DNA from: a virus
Virus record (IMG/VR): IMGVR_UViG_3300017786_000069
Span: 1-32,355 of that record
DNA: 32,355 nucleotides
Reading direction: 5' to 3' (one strand)
Part shown: positions 15,131 through 22,904 of the stretch, piece after piece
Numbering within the stretch: position 1 is the stretch's first letter
Layout of the letters: each line of letters opens with the position of its first letter
Position numbers and translations under genes: made by a program
Notes under the pieces: model-generated
What the model saw: the letters and a program-made list of their open reading frames with translations, nothing else
What the model was told of the DNA's origin: nothing
Database searches by the model: none

Positions 15131-15373
15131 TTAATTGTTATTTTGAAATATCCAAGTATGTTTAACTTTACCATCACCACCAACCACCGTGTGGTGTATT
15201 GGTGTTTTATCGTTCATTTTGTGCATAAATAAATATTCTACTATTTCAGCGATATTGATATGTTCTTGATTATCGTCATAATAGATATGACCATTTTTTA
15301 CAGTTGTTTTGGCGTGCATTATTTTCTGATAAATATCCATTGCGATATCATAATTAGATAAATCTTTGTACAT
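15131..15373 (-). CDS. Hypothetical protein (80 aa; alternative start at 15391 adds MKGIKT)
   Basis: AAGGA RBS before ATG 15373 (MYKDLSNYD...). The longer track version (to 15445) runs into the promoter region. Confidence 0.55.
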   Translation of the reverse strand: MYKDLSNYDIAMDIYQKIMHAKTTVKNGHIYYDDNQEHINIAEIVEYLFMHKMNDKTPIHHTVVGGDGKVKHTWIFQNNN

Positions 15374-15428
15374 TGTCTTTATTCCTTTCATTGTAAAGTT
15401 ATTTAACAATAAGTAATTTAGTCTAAGC

Positions 15429-15441
15429 CTATTGTCAATAC
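15429..15441. promoter_or_regulatory. Operator-like motif shared with the 12000 promoter palindrome
   Basis: CTATTGTCAATAC here versus the reverse complement of 11998-12010 (ATATTGTCAATAG): an 11-nt identity, TATTGTCAATA. It contains a TTGACA on the - strand upstream of the micro-gene cassette. Confidence 0.35.
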
Positions 15442-15582
15442 TCACAAGTAAAATAATTTTACATTAATTATATGATACTATATTTTGTGGATGGTATTGT
15501 GTGTCAACACTATATATGGTATTAGTTACCTATTCTATTAGAGCTACTATTAGCTCGTGTTATATAGTGTAGTTTAAATATA

Positions 15583-15611
15583 GTTATTTTGTTGAGTGTG
15601 TTTTGTATAAT
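15583..15611 (+). promoter_or_regulatory. Candidate promoter for the late (structural) operon
   Basis: Perfect TATAAT at 15606-15611 with only a weak -35 (TTATTT) about 16 nt upstream. Lies in the 340-bp AT-rich intergenic region ahead of terS. Confidence 0.25.
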
Positions 15612-15784
15612 TATCAAAAGACAGACATTACAATCTCATATGTGTATAGAACGCGATTGCCTATGCTATATATTTACAATGTGTAGCCTAGGCGGGGTAT
15701 ATTTTATAGCCATCACCCCCAGACAGGCGCACCACTCTATATATGTGTTAAATACTACTATCAACCACACAGTCAGGAGTATCC

Positions 15785-16189
15785 ATGCCTAGAAAGTTAG
15801 CTAAGAAGGAAGATATTATATTACGTATGGTAGGCGATGGTATAAGTGTTAGTGAGATATGTAGGGGTATAGGTATTAGTAGGAATACTTTTTATCAGTA
15901 TTTAAATGATAATAAGGATATTAAGGATGCTTATGAGATAGCCAAGAGTAGTTTTTCTTCTGAGTTTAGGAGTAACTATGAGGGTTTACTTGTAGGGGCT
16001 GTTACTGGTACTGCCAAGGTAGATGTTATGGCATTGAGGGAGATGGGAACGCACAGTAGGTGGTTAGAGTCTCATTGTAACTCTGAGGACTTTGGGGAGA
16101 AGGCTAAAGCTATGATGCAGTTAAAGACTGGTGATACTGAGATTAACATTGCTTGGATTACAGATGGCTCAGATAACAATACCTTATAA
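15785..16189 (+). CDS. terS: Terminase small subunit (HTH-containing)
   Basis: AGGAG RBS. N-terminal HTH GISVSEICRGIGISRNTFYQYL. Immediately precedes and overlaps terL. Confidence 0.55.
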   Translation: MPRKLAKKEDIILRMVGDGISVSEICRGIGISRNTFYQYLNDNKDIKDAYEIAKSSFSSEFRSNYEGLLVGAVTGTAKVDVMALREMGTHSRWLESHCNSEDFGEKAKAMMQLKTGDTEINIAWITDGSDNNTL

Positions 16190-17453
16190 GCCTCGTGCGC
16201 CTCAAGCTGAAATGCATAACAGCCTGAGACGCTGGAATGTTTTAGTCATGCACAGACGTTTTGGCAAGACTGTTTTTGCTGTTAATCATTTAATTAAGGA
16301 ATGTCTGACTTGTCCATTGCCAAGACCTAGGGTTGCATTTATTGCGCCTACCTTTACACAAGCTAAGAGAATTGCATGGGATTATGTAAAGTATTATGCC
16401 AGTGTAATACCTGATGTTGCTTTTAATGAAACTGAGTTAAGGGTAGATTTCCCCAATGGTTCTAGGTTGATGTTATTGTCTGCTGAGAATCCAGATGCAC
16501 TTAGAGGTATTTATTTAGATTTGGCTATCTTCGATGAGTTTGGGATGCAGAATCCAAGAGTATGGGGGGAGGTAGTACGACCAGCCTTGTCTGACAGAGA
16601 GGGGGCAGCTGTATTTTTAGGGACTCCCGCTGGTCATAATCATTTTTTTGATTTACTGCAACAAGCAAAGAATGAATGTGAAGAAGGTTCAGACAAGTGG
16701 TATTGGAAGACGGTTAAGGCATCTGAGAGTGGTATTGTAAAAGAAGAAGAACTAGAAGCTGCTAAGAAGCAAATGACAGAAGAGCAGTTTGAACAGGAAT
16801 ATGAGTGTTCCTTTACAGCCAGTATTATTGGTGCGTACTTTGGAAAACTTATAACAGAAGCAGAAGATGATAATAGAATTACAAAAGTGCCGTATGACCC
16901 TTCATTGCCAGTACATACAGCATGGGATTTGGGGATAAATGATGCAACAGCTATTTGGTTTGCACAAGTTCATAGGGGCGGTGCGGTACATATTATTGAT
17001 TATTACGAGAATAGTGGAGTGGGTCTCGACCACTATGCGGAAGTTCTTAACAGGAAAGACTTCGCATACGGTGACCATCTCGCACCCCACGACATTGAAG
17101 TCAGAGAACTTGGGTCTGGCAAATCGCGTTTGGAAACGGCTTTCTCGCTTGGTATTAGATTCAAGGTTGTTCCGAAAATAAAAGTAGCTGATGGCATCAA
17201 TGCTACAAGGATGTTGCTACCTAAGTGTTTTTTTGATAGAGATAAAACACAGGATGGTGTTGATATGTTAAGACAGTACCGGCAAGAGTGGGATGATAAG
17301 AAGAAAGTGTTTCGTGACCATCCAAGACATGACTATACATCTCATTCGGCAGATGCCTTTAGATATCTTGCAACTGGACTTGAGCAAAGAACAAGAATGG
17401 TAAGACCGCCACAAACAGTTGCAGTAAATGAATATAATCCTTTTGCCATGTAA
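16164..17453 (+). CDS. terL: Terminase large subunit
   Basis: Start MAQITIPYKPR. Walker A-like HRRFGKT, Walker B LAIFDE, C-terminal nuclease-domain acidic motifs (AWDLGINDATAIWF, HSADAFRYL). Confidence 0.88.
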   Translation: MAQITIPYKPRAPQAEMHNSLRRWNVLVMHRRFGKTVFAVNHLIKECLTCPLPRPRVAFIAPTFTQAKRIAWDYVKYYASVIPDVAFNETELRVDFPNGSRLMLLSAENPDALRGIYLDLAIFDEFGMQNPRVWGEVVRPALSDREGAAVFLGTPAGHNHFFDLLQQAKNECEEGSDKWYWKTVKASESGIVKEEELEAAKKQMTEEQFEQEYECSFTASIIGAYFGKLITEAEDDNRITKVPYDPSLPVHTAWDLGINDATAIWFAQVHRGGAVHIIDYYENSGVGLDHYAEVLNRKDFAYGDHLAPHDIEVRELGSGKSRLETAFSLGIRFKVVPKIKVADGINATRMLLPKCFFDRDKTQDGVDMLRQYRQEWDDKKKVFRDHPRHDYTSHSADAFRYLATGLEQRTRMVRPPQTVAVNEYNPFAM

Positions 17454-17464
17454 GGAGCAATAAA

Positions 17465-17665
17465 ATGAGTTTCCTAAGTCCGCCAAAAACAATAGCACCA
17501 CCACCGCCTCCTCCTCCTCCGCCAGAACCAGATATGGAATTAGGTGCAGCCCTTGCTGAAGAAGGTATGAGAAGGCAAAGAGTAGGCAGAAAAGGCAGAG
17601 GTTCTACCATTGTTGCAGGATTACTAGGTCAGGATACTGGCACAAGTAACACGATAATTAAATGA
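17465..17665 (+). CDS. Small protein with a run of nine prolines and a basic GR-rich tail
   Basis: TAAGGAG RBS. MSFLSPPKTIAPPPPPPPPPEPD...RRQRVGRKGRGSTIVAGLLG. ATGA overlap with the portal gene. Confidence 0.65.
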   Translation: MSFLSPPKTIAPPPPPPPPPEPDMELGAALAEEGMRRQRVGRKGRGSTIVAGLLGQDTGTSNTIIK

Positions 17666-19257
17666 CAGATGAAGAATTAAAAGCATTACTTAAACGCTTT
17701 GAGTATGTTGAAGACCAGCGAGATACATGGAATACCCATTATCAGGAACTGGCAGATTATATGCTTCCTAGAAAAGCAGAGATAGTAAAGAAGCGTTCCA
17801 AAGGCGAAAAGCGGATGGAACAAATATATGATGGCACAGCTTTGCAAGCCGTAGATTTATTAGCTTCTTCATTGCATGGTATGCTGACTAGCGGTGCATC
17901 ACCTTGGTTTCATCTGGATGTTAAAGATACAGATATAAACAGAGATGATGATGTACGTGAATGGTTGCAAGATACCTCAAGACGTATGATGCGATTATTT
18001 AATCAATCCAACTTTGAAACTGAAGTGCATGAAATGTACGTAGATTTAGTTGTGTTTGGAACTGGCTGTATGTTTGTAGAAATGGGAGAAGACAAACAGC
18101 TTCGATGTTCTACACGGCATATATCAGAGTTTTATGTTCAAGAAGACCTACATGGCATGGTTGATACAGTGTATCGAAAGTATGAGTCTTCTGCAAAAGC
18201 AGCAGTACAAAGATTTGGGGAAGAAAATATTGGTGACCATATAGCCAAAGTATTTAAAAAGAATCCAGAAGAACCAGTTGAAATATTACATATTATAACA
18301 CCTCGTATGGTACGAGATATTACAAAACGTGATAATATAAATATGCCATTTGCTTCTGTGTATGTGTGTAGTAAATCACGCATGATATTATCAGAAGGTG
18401 GCTTTGAAGAAATGCCGTTCATCGTACCTCGTTTCTTAAAAAGTACAGGTGAGATAATGGGGCGTTCTCCTGCGATGACGGCATTACCTGATGTTAAAAT
18501 GTTAAACCTAATGAGTAAAACAATCATTCAGGCAGCGCAAAAACAAATCGACCCACCGTTACTTGTTCCAGATGATGGCTTTATGTTGCCTGTAAGAACA
18601 CAGCCCGGTGGTTTAAACTTCTATCGCTCTGGTACAAGAGATACGATTACGCCATTAAATACAGGTAGCAATACTAACGTTGGCTTAAATATGGAAGAGC
18701 AAAGAAGACAGGCTATTCGCTCTGCATTTTATGTAGACCAGATACTTGTTGGTGGCTCTCCTAATATGACAGCAACAGAAGTTATACAAAGACAAGAAGA
18801 GCGAATGAGAGTTATTGGCCCTGTTCTTGGAAGATTAATGAATGAAATGCTACGTCCATTAATAGACCGTGTGTTTGCATTAATGTTAAGAGAAGATATG
18901 CTACAACAACCACCAGCATTAATACAAGGAAGAGATATTGATATAGAATATGTATCCCCATTGGCTATGGCGCAAAAATCAAGCAGTCTTAATAATACAA
19001 TGAAGGCATTGGAAATATTAATGCCATTAGCACAGGCATTGCCTGTAGGTGACCACATAGACCCAGATGGTTTGGTGCGGCACATTACAGATAGTCTAGG
19101 TGTACCTAAAATGACATTAAAATCTCAACGTGAAGTTGATGCAATGAGGCAACAGCGTCAGGAAATGCAACAGGCTATGCAAGAACGTGAAGCATTATCA
19201 CAGGATGTAGCCGATACCGCGCAAGCAGCGCAAGCAGTTAGGATGGTAAGTAAATAA
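17662..19257 (+). CDS. Portal (head-to-tail connector) protein
   Basis: 531 aa directly after terL. The N-terminus (LLKRFEYVEDQRDTWNTHYQELADYMLPRK) has the pattern of podoviral connector proteins. Acidic/Gln-rich C-terminal tail. Confidence 0.82.
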   Translation: MTDEELKALLKRFEYVEDQRDTWNTHYQELADYMLPRKAEIVKKRSKGEKRMEQIYDGTALQAVDLLASSLHGMLTSGASPWFHLDVKDTDINRDDDVREWLQDTSRRMMRLFNQSNFETEVHEMYVDLVVFGTGCMFVEMGEDKQLRCSTRHISEFYVQEDLHGMVDTVYRKYESSAKAAVQRFGEENIGDHIAKVFKKNPEEPVEILHIITPRMVRDITKRDNINMPFASVYVCSKSRMILSEGGFEEMPFIVPRFLKSTGEIMGRSPAMTALPDVKMLNLMSKTIIQAAQKQIDPPLLVPDDGFMLPVRTQPGGLNFYRSGTRDTITPLNTGSNTNVGLNMEEQRRQAIRSAFYVDQILVGGSPNMTATEVIQRQEERMRVIGPVLGRLMNEMLRPLIDRVFALMLREDMLQQPPALIQGRDIDIEYVSPLAMAQKSSSLNNTMKALEILMPLAQALPVGDHIDPDGLVRHITDSLGVPKMTLKSQREVDAMRQQRQEMQQAMQEREALSQDVADTAQAAQAVRMVSK

Positions 19258-19514
19258 TGGTTACTATAATGTCAAAATTAGCAAAAAAAGATAAACCAAA
19301 AGGTAAAACAATTTTGCAACAGGTGTCAGATAGGGATTATTTTTTTGCAGAAGGAATATTAGACGATTATGCAAAAGGTAAGTTAAGTGGCGCACAAGCA
19401 CAAAGAAGGTTAAAATCTGGAGGATTTAAAGCTGACCTTAGAACAAACAGAAGTTCTAACATAATTTTTGTAGAGCCATTAGGCAGTGGTAACGGATTTA
19501 TGGTGGATCTTTAA
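19257..19514 (+). CDS. Hypothetical protein (85 aa)
   Basis: TAATG coupling to the portal gene; no motif recognised. Confidence 0.5.
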   Translation: MVTIMSKLAKKDKPKGKTILQQVSDRDYFFAEGILDDYAKGKLSGAQAQRRLKSGGFKADLRTNRSSNIIFVEPLGSGNGFMVDL

Positions 19515-19515
19515 A

Positions 19516-19767
19516 ATGACAGAAGTGCAAACATTAGAGAATGAAGCCTATACACAAGATATGAGGCAAAAAGAAATAGAACAGCTAAGAGATATGTACA
19601 CTCAAACATTTACATCTGAAAATGGCAAAAGAGTATTTACAGACTTAGCAAATAGATGTCACTGGATGACAACCAGTTATGTATCAGGAGATGCTAACGC
19701 ATCTGCTTATGAAGAAGGAAAACGTGCTGTTTTCTTACACATTAACAATATGATTAATAAGGAGTAA
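19516..19767 (+). CDS. Small conserved head-module protein (83 aa)
   Basis: Start MTEVQTLENE just after the upstream stop. The segment GKRVFTDLANRCHWMTTSYVSGDANASAYEEGKRAVFLHI resembles small proteins found between portal and scaffold in BPP-1-like head modules (recollection only). Confidence 0.5.
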   Translation: MTEVQTLENEAYTQDMRQKEIEQLRDMYTQTFTSENGKRVFTDLANRCHWMTTSYVSGDANASAYEEGKRAVFLHINNMINKE

Positions 19768-19769
19768 AA

Positions 19770-20606
19770 ATGGAAGAACAGATAGTCGAACAGGTAGACC
19801 AGCCAACTACAACGGTGCTAGAAACACCAGCAGAAGTAGCACAGGGCGGTTCTGGTAACGATTTCTTAAACCAGTTGCCAGAAGAATTACGCTCACATCC
19901 AAGTCTATCCCCCATAAAAGATGTAGGTAATCTGGCTAAATCCTATGTAAATGCACAACAACTTATAGGCGCAGATAAACTAGCTGCTCCCAAAAACCCA
20001 TCTGAAGAACAGCTTGTTAAAATACATCAGTATCTAGGTGTACCAGAAACATCCGATAAGTATGAAGTTGCTGTTGATGGTAATGTAGTAACAGAAGAAG
20101 TTGCTAATAATTTCAGAGACATAGCACATAAACTTAATCTTACACCTAATCAGGTAAGTGGTGTTATGGAATATTATAAATCCACTGTAAGCACATCACA
20201 GGAAGAAGTAAGCAGACAACAGGAAACTTTAAAAGAAGAAACCATTAACGGGTTAAAAAAAGAATGGGGTCAGGCTTACGATGATAAACTTGCAAGCGTC
20301 AAAGGATTGCTTGGTAAGTTTGGAGACTCTGATATTTATGAATTAGAACTATCTAGTGGGTTAAAGTTTGGCGATGACCCTAGGGTTATAAAGTATTTTT
20401 CTGAAATTGCTAACTTTGTTAGCTCTTCTACTAGTGAAGATACAATTGCAGATGCAACACAAACACGTAAACTTACACCTAATGAAGCACAATCAGAAGT
20501 TAATTCTATTATGAACTCTCCAGAATACACAGATAAAAAGAACTATGTTGGAAGGCAAAGAGCCATAAATAGAGTAAATGAATTAATGGAAATGATACAT
20601 GGATAA
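19770..20606 (+). CDS. Scaffolding protein (positional call)
   Basis: Acidic, helix-rich 278-aa protein between portal and capsid genes. Confidence 0.5.
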   Translation: MEEQIVEQVDQPTTTVLETPAEVAQGGSGNDFLNQLPEELRSHPSLSPIKDVGNLAKSYVNAQQLIGADKLAAPKNPSEEQLVKIHQYLGVPETSDKYEVAVDGNVVTEEVANNFRDIAHKLNLTPNQVSGVMEYYKSTVSTSQEEVSRQQETLKEETINGLKKEWGQAYDDKLASVKGLLGKFGDSDIYELELSSGLKFGDDPRVIKYFSEIANFVSSSTSEDTIADATQTRKLTPNEAQSEVNSIMNSPEYTDKKNYVGRQRAINRVNELMEMIHG

Positions 20607-20838
20607 TAATGACATTATCATTGCTAGAAACGAGTTAATATGTAACCTCTTGCAAACTTGTGCAAATAGGGATATTTTAGATATAAGCCAACTTGAACAA
20701 AAAGCAGAGTTGCTTTGGAGTTGGGTTGTAAAGGGTAGCGGTTCAAACCGTCCTGAAGACAATCGGATAGACGATAGTTCTACGGCAACTAAAAAGCCTA
20801 GGCGTGTCCGTGAGGGTAGCACATCGATAAAAGTATAA
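20599..20838 (+). CDS. Hypothetical protein (79 aa)
   Basis: ORF track; 8-nt overlap with the scaffold stop; fills the gap before the capsid gene. Confidence 0.4.
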   Translation: MDNNDIIIARNELICNLLQTCANRDILDISQLEQKAELLWSWVVKGSGSNRPEDNRIDDSSTATKKPRRVREGSTSIKV

Positions 20839-20866
20839 ACGCAATTTGTGAAAGAAGGAGTTAAAA

Positions 20867-21745
20867 ATGTCTTCACAAGTAACAACCGCGTTCGTGCAAC
20901 AATATTCTGCTAATGTGCAAATGCTCTCACAGCAAAAGGGTAGCCGTTTACGTGACGCAGTTAATATAGAAAATGTTGTTGGTAAGAACGCATTTATAGA
21001 CCAGATTGGTAAAGCGACAGCACAGCTTCGTACTAGCCGACATGGTGATACACCGCAACTTGATACCCCACACGCAAGACGTAGAGTATCATTAGCATCA
21101 TACGAATATGCAGACTTAATTGATGACCAAGATAAAGTTCGTATGTTGATTGACCCAACATCACAATATGCACAAGCCGCAGCAGCTGCTATGGGTCGTG
21201 CTATGGATGATGTTATTATCGATGCAGCACTTGGTACAGCATCAACAGGAGAAACAGGTTCTGGTTCAGCTACGCTAGATTCAACAAATAACATGGTAGG
21301 TTCAGCTTCATCAAATGATGGATTGACCATTGCCAAGTTGCTTGAAGCAAAGCGTAAGATGGACTTAAACGATGTTGACCCTTCTATCGCACGTTACATT
21401 GCAGTAGGGCCAAAGCAGATTGAAGACTTACTTGGTACAACTCAGGTTACTAGTTCAGACTTCAACACTGTAAAAGCTCTTGCTCAAGGTGATATCAATA
21501 CATTCTTAGGCTTTGAATTTATCATGACAAATCGCCTTGATGTAGATTCAAATGACATCCGTTCATGCTTTGCATGGGCAGAGGATGGTATTACCCTTGG
21601 AATAGGCAAAGATGTTTCTGCAAGAATTGATGAGCGTTCTGATAAAGGGTATGCAACTCAAGTTTACTATTGCATGGATATTGGTGCGGTGCGGATGGAA
21701 GAGTCCAAAGTCGTAAAAATATTCTGTGATGAAACACCAGACTAA
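20867..21745 (+). CDS. Major capsid protein
   Basis: Strong RBS (AAGGAG, 7 nt). 292 aa. Position after the scaffold gene. A stem-loop lies two genes downstream. Confidence 0.78.
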   Translation: MSSQVTTAFVQQYSANVQMLSQQKGSRLRDAVNIENVVGKNAFIDQIGKATAQLRTSRHGDTPQLDTPHARRRVSLASYEYADLIDDQDKVRMLIDPTSQYAQAAAAAMGRAMDDVIIDAALGTASTGETGSGSATLDSTNNMVGSASSNDGLTIAKLLEAKRKMDLNDVDPSIARYIAVGPKQIEDLLGTTQVTSSDFNTVKALAQGDINTFLGFEFIMTNRLDVDSNDIRSCFAWAEDGITLGIGKDVSARIDERSDKGYATQVYYCMDIGAVRMEESKVVKIFCDETPD

Positions 21746-21761
21746 GATAGGAGAATAGAAA

Positions 21762-22241
21762 ATGACAACTAAAAATTCCGACTTAGTCGCAAATTATCTT
21801 GCTCTACCTCAAGTTGCTAATCCAGCAAGTGAGTTAGGTGGAAGAATCAGAATAGCATCAGGAAACGTAGCATTGGCTGCTGGTGACAGCACAGACAATG
21901 ATATAGTTTATCTTGCTCCTATACCATCACACGCTAATCTTGTATCTATCAGGATTGGAACAGATGCATTAGGTGGTTCATGTACTTACAATGTTGGCTT
22001 ATATAAGTTAGACAATACTGTTGTAGATGAGGACTGTCTTGCAACTACTGTTGCAGATGGAGCAGCCGTTGCTGAACTTCGCTATGAAGTTCTTGACTTA
22101 AATACAACAGGTCAAAAGCTTTATGAGCTTGGCGGTTTAAGTACAGACCCAAATGAACCACTTTATGTAGCAGCTACTTTTGCAGCTACTGGTGGAACAG
22201 CAGGAGACATGGCATTTATTATTGAATATGCCGTAGACTAA
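21762..22241 (+). CDS. Hypothetical virion protein, possibly capsid decoration/cement
   Basis: AGGAG RBS. 159-aa beta-rich protein directly after the capsid gene and before a stem-loop. Function inferred from position only. Confidence 0.4.
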   Translation: MTTKNSDLVANYLALPQVANPASELGGRIRIASGNVALAAGDSTDNDIVYLAPIPSHANLVSIRIGTDALGGSCTYNVGLYKLDNTVVDEDCLATTVADGAAVAELRYEVLDLNTTGQKLYELGGLSTDPNEPLYVAATFAATGGTAGDMAFIIEYAVD

Positions 22242-22249
22242 ATAATTTG

Positions 22250-22281
22250 GGGCAGTGCTGACTCATGATAAGGTACTGCCC
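22250..22281 (+). terminator. Stem-loop after the capsid/decoration genes (attenuator or RNA-stabilising hairpin)
   Basis: GGGCAGTGC (22250-22258) pairs with GTACTGCCC (22273-22281), 9 bp including one G-U. The following T-tract is poor. Confidence 0.35.
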
Positions 22282-22306
22282 TAACATAATTTAAAGGATA
22301 AAAGAT

Positions 22307-22903
22307 ATGTCTTCTGTTGTTGATATTTGTAATGAATCAATGGATTTACTTGGTGCAGCTACAATAACTTCCCTTGATGAAAACTCCAAAGAAGCCAAAT
22401 TATGTAACAGAAGATTTACAACAGTGCGTGACCAAGTATTACGCTCACATCCTTGGAACTCTGCTATACGCAGAGCATCATTAGCTAAAGATTCTGATGC
22501 ACCTGCATTTGGATTTACAAGCCAGTTCTCCCTTCCTACAGACCCATTTTGCTTACGTGTTTTATCCTTTTATACTGATAGTATAAATCAAGATATAGCT
22601 GCATATGAATCACAGGTTATGTTTAAAATAGAAGGAAGAAAAGTATTATCGGATGAGACAGCTTGCAAGATAATATATGTAGCAAGAGTTACCGATACAG
22701 AAGAATATGACAGTTTGTTATCAAGCACAATAGCACATAAACTAGCCTCTGAAGTTGCCTATGCAATTACAGGAAGCTCATCCTTATCAGGGCAGATATA
22801 TCAATTATATCAAGCCAGATTATCAGAAGCTAAAGCAATGGATGCTATGGAAGGTGTACCAGATAGATTGACCTCAAGTGAATTTATTGATGTAAGGGTA
22901 TAA
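22307..22903 (+). CDS. Tail tubular protein A / adaptor (T7 gp11-like)
   Basis: 198 aa. VVDICNESMDLLGAATITSLDENSKEAKLCNRRFTTVRDQVLRSHPWNSA parallels T7 gp11 [45 protein letters not shown]. Similar length and position. Confidence 0.7.
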   Translation: MSSVVDICNESMDLLGAATITSLDENSKEAKLCNRRFTTVRDQVLRSHPWNSAIRRASLAKDSDAPAFGFTSQFSLPTDPFCLRVLSFYTDSINQDIAAYESQVMFKIEGRKVLSDETACKIIYVARVTDTEEYDSLLSSTIAHKLASEVAYAITGSSSLSGQIYQLYQARLSEAKAMDAMEGVPDRLTSSEFIDVRV

Positions 22904-22904
22904 T

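Noticed and set aside
15589-15792. 67-aa + strand ORF in the intergenic region before terS
   Set aside because: Non-ATG start, no RBS and Cys/Ile/His-rich non-protein-like composition. It sits over the promoter/leader region.
17359-17610. 83-aa - strand ORF with a poly-Gly run
   Set aside because: Mirror image of the poly-Pro tract in the + strand gene, which has a strong TAAGGAG RBS and ATGA coupling to the portal gene.
18138-19085. - strand ORFs 18138..18527 and 18729..19085
   Set aside because: Antisense shadows within the portal gene.
20743-21336. 197-aa - strand ORF
   Set aside because: Antisense to the well-supported major capsid gene and the 3' end of the preceding ORF; shadow ORF.
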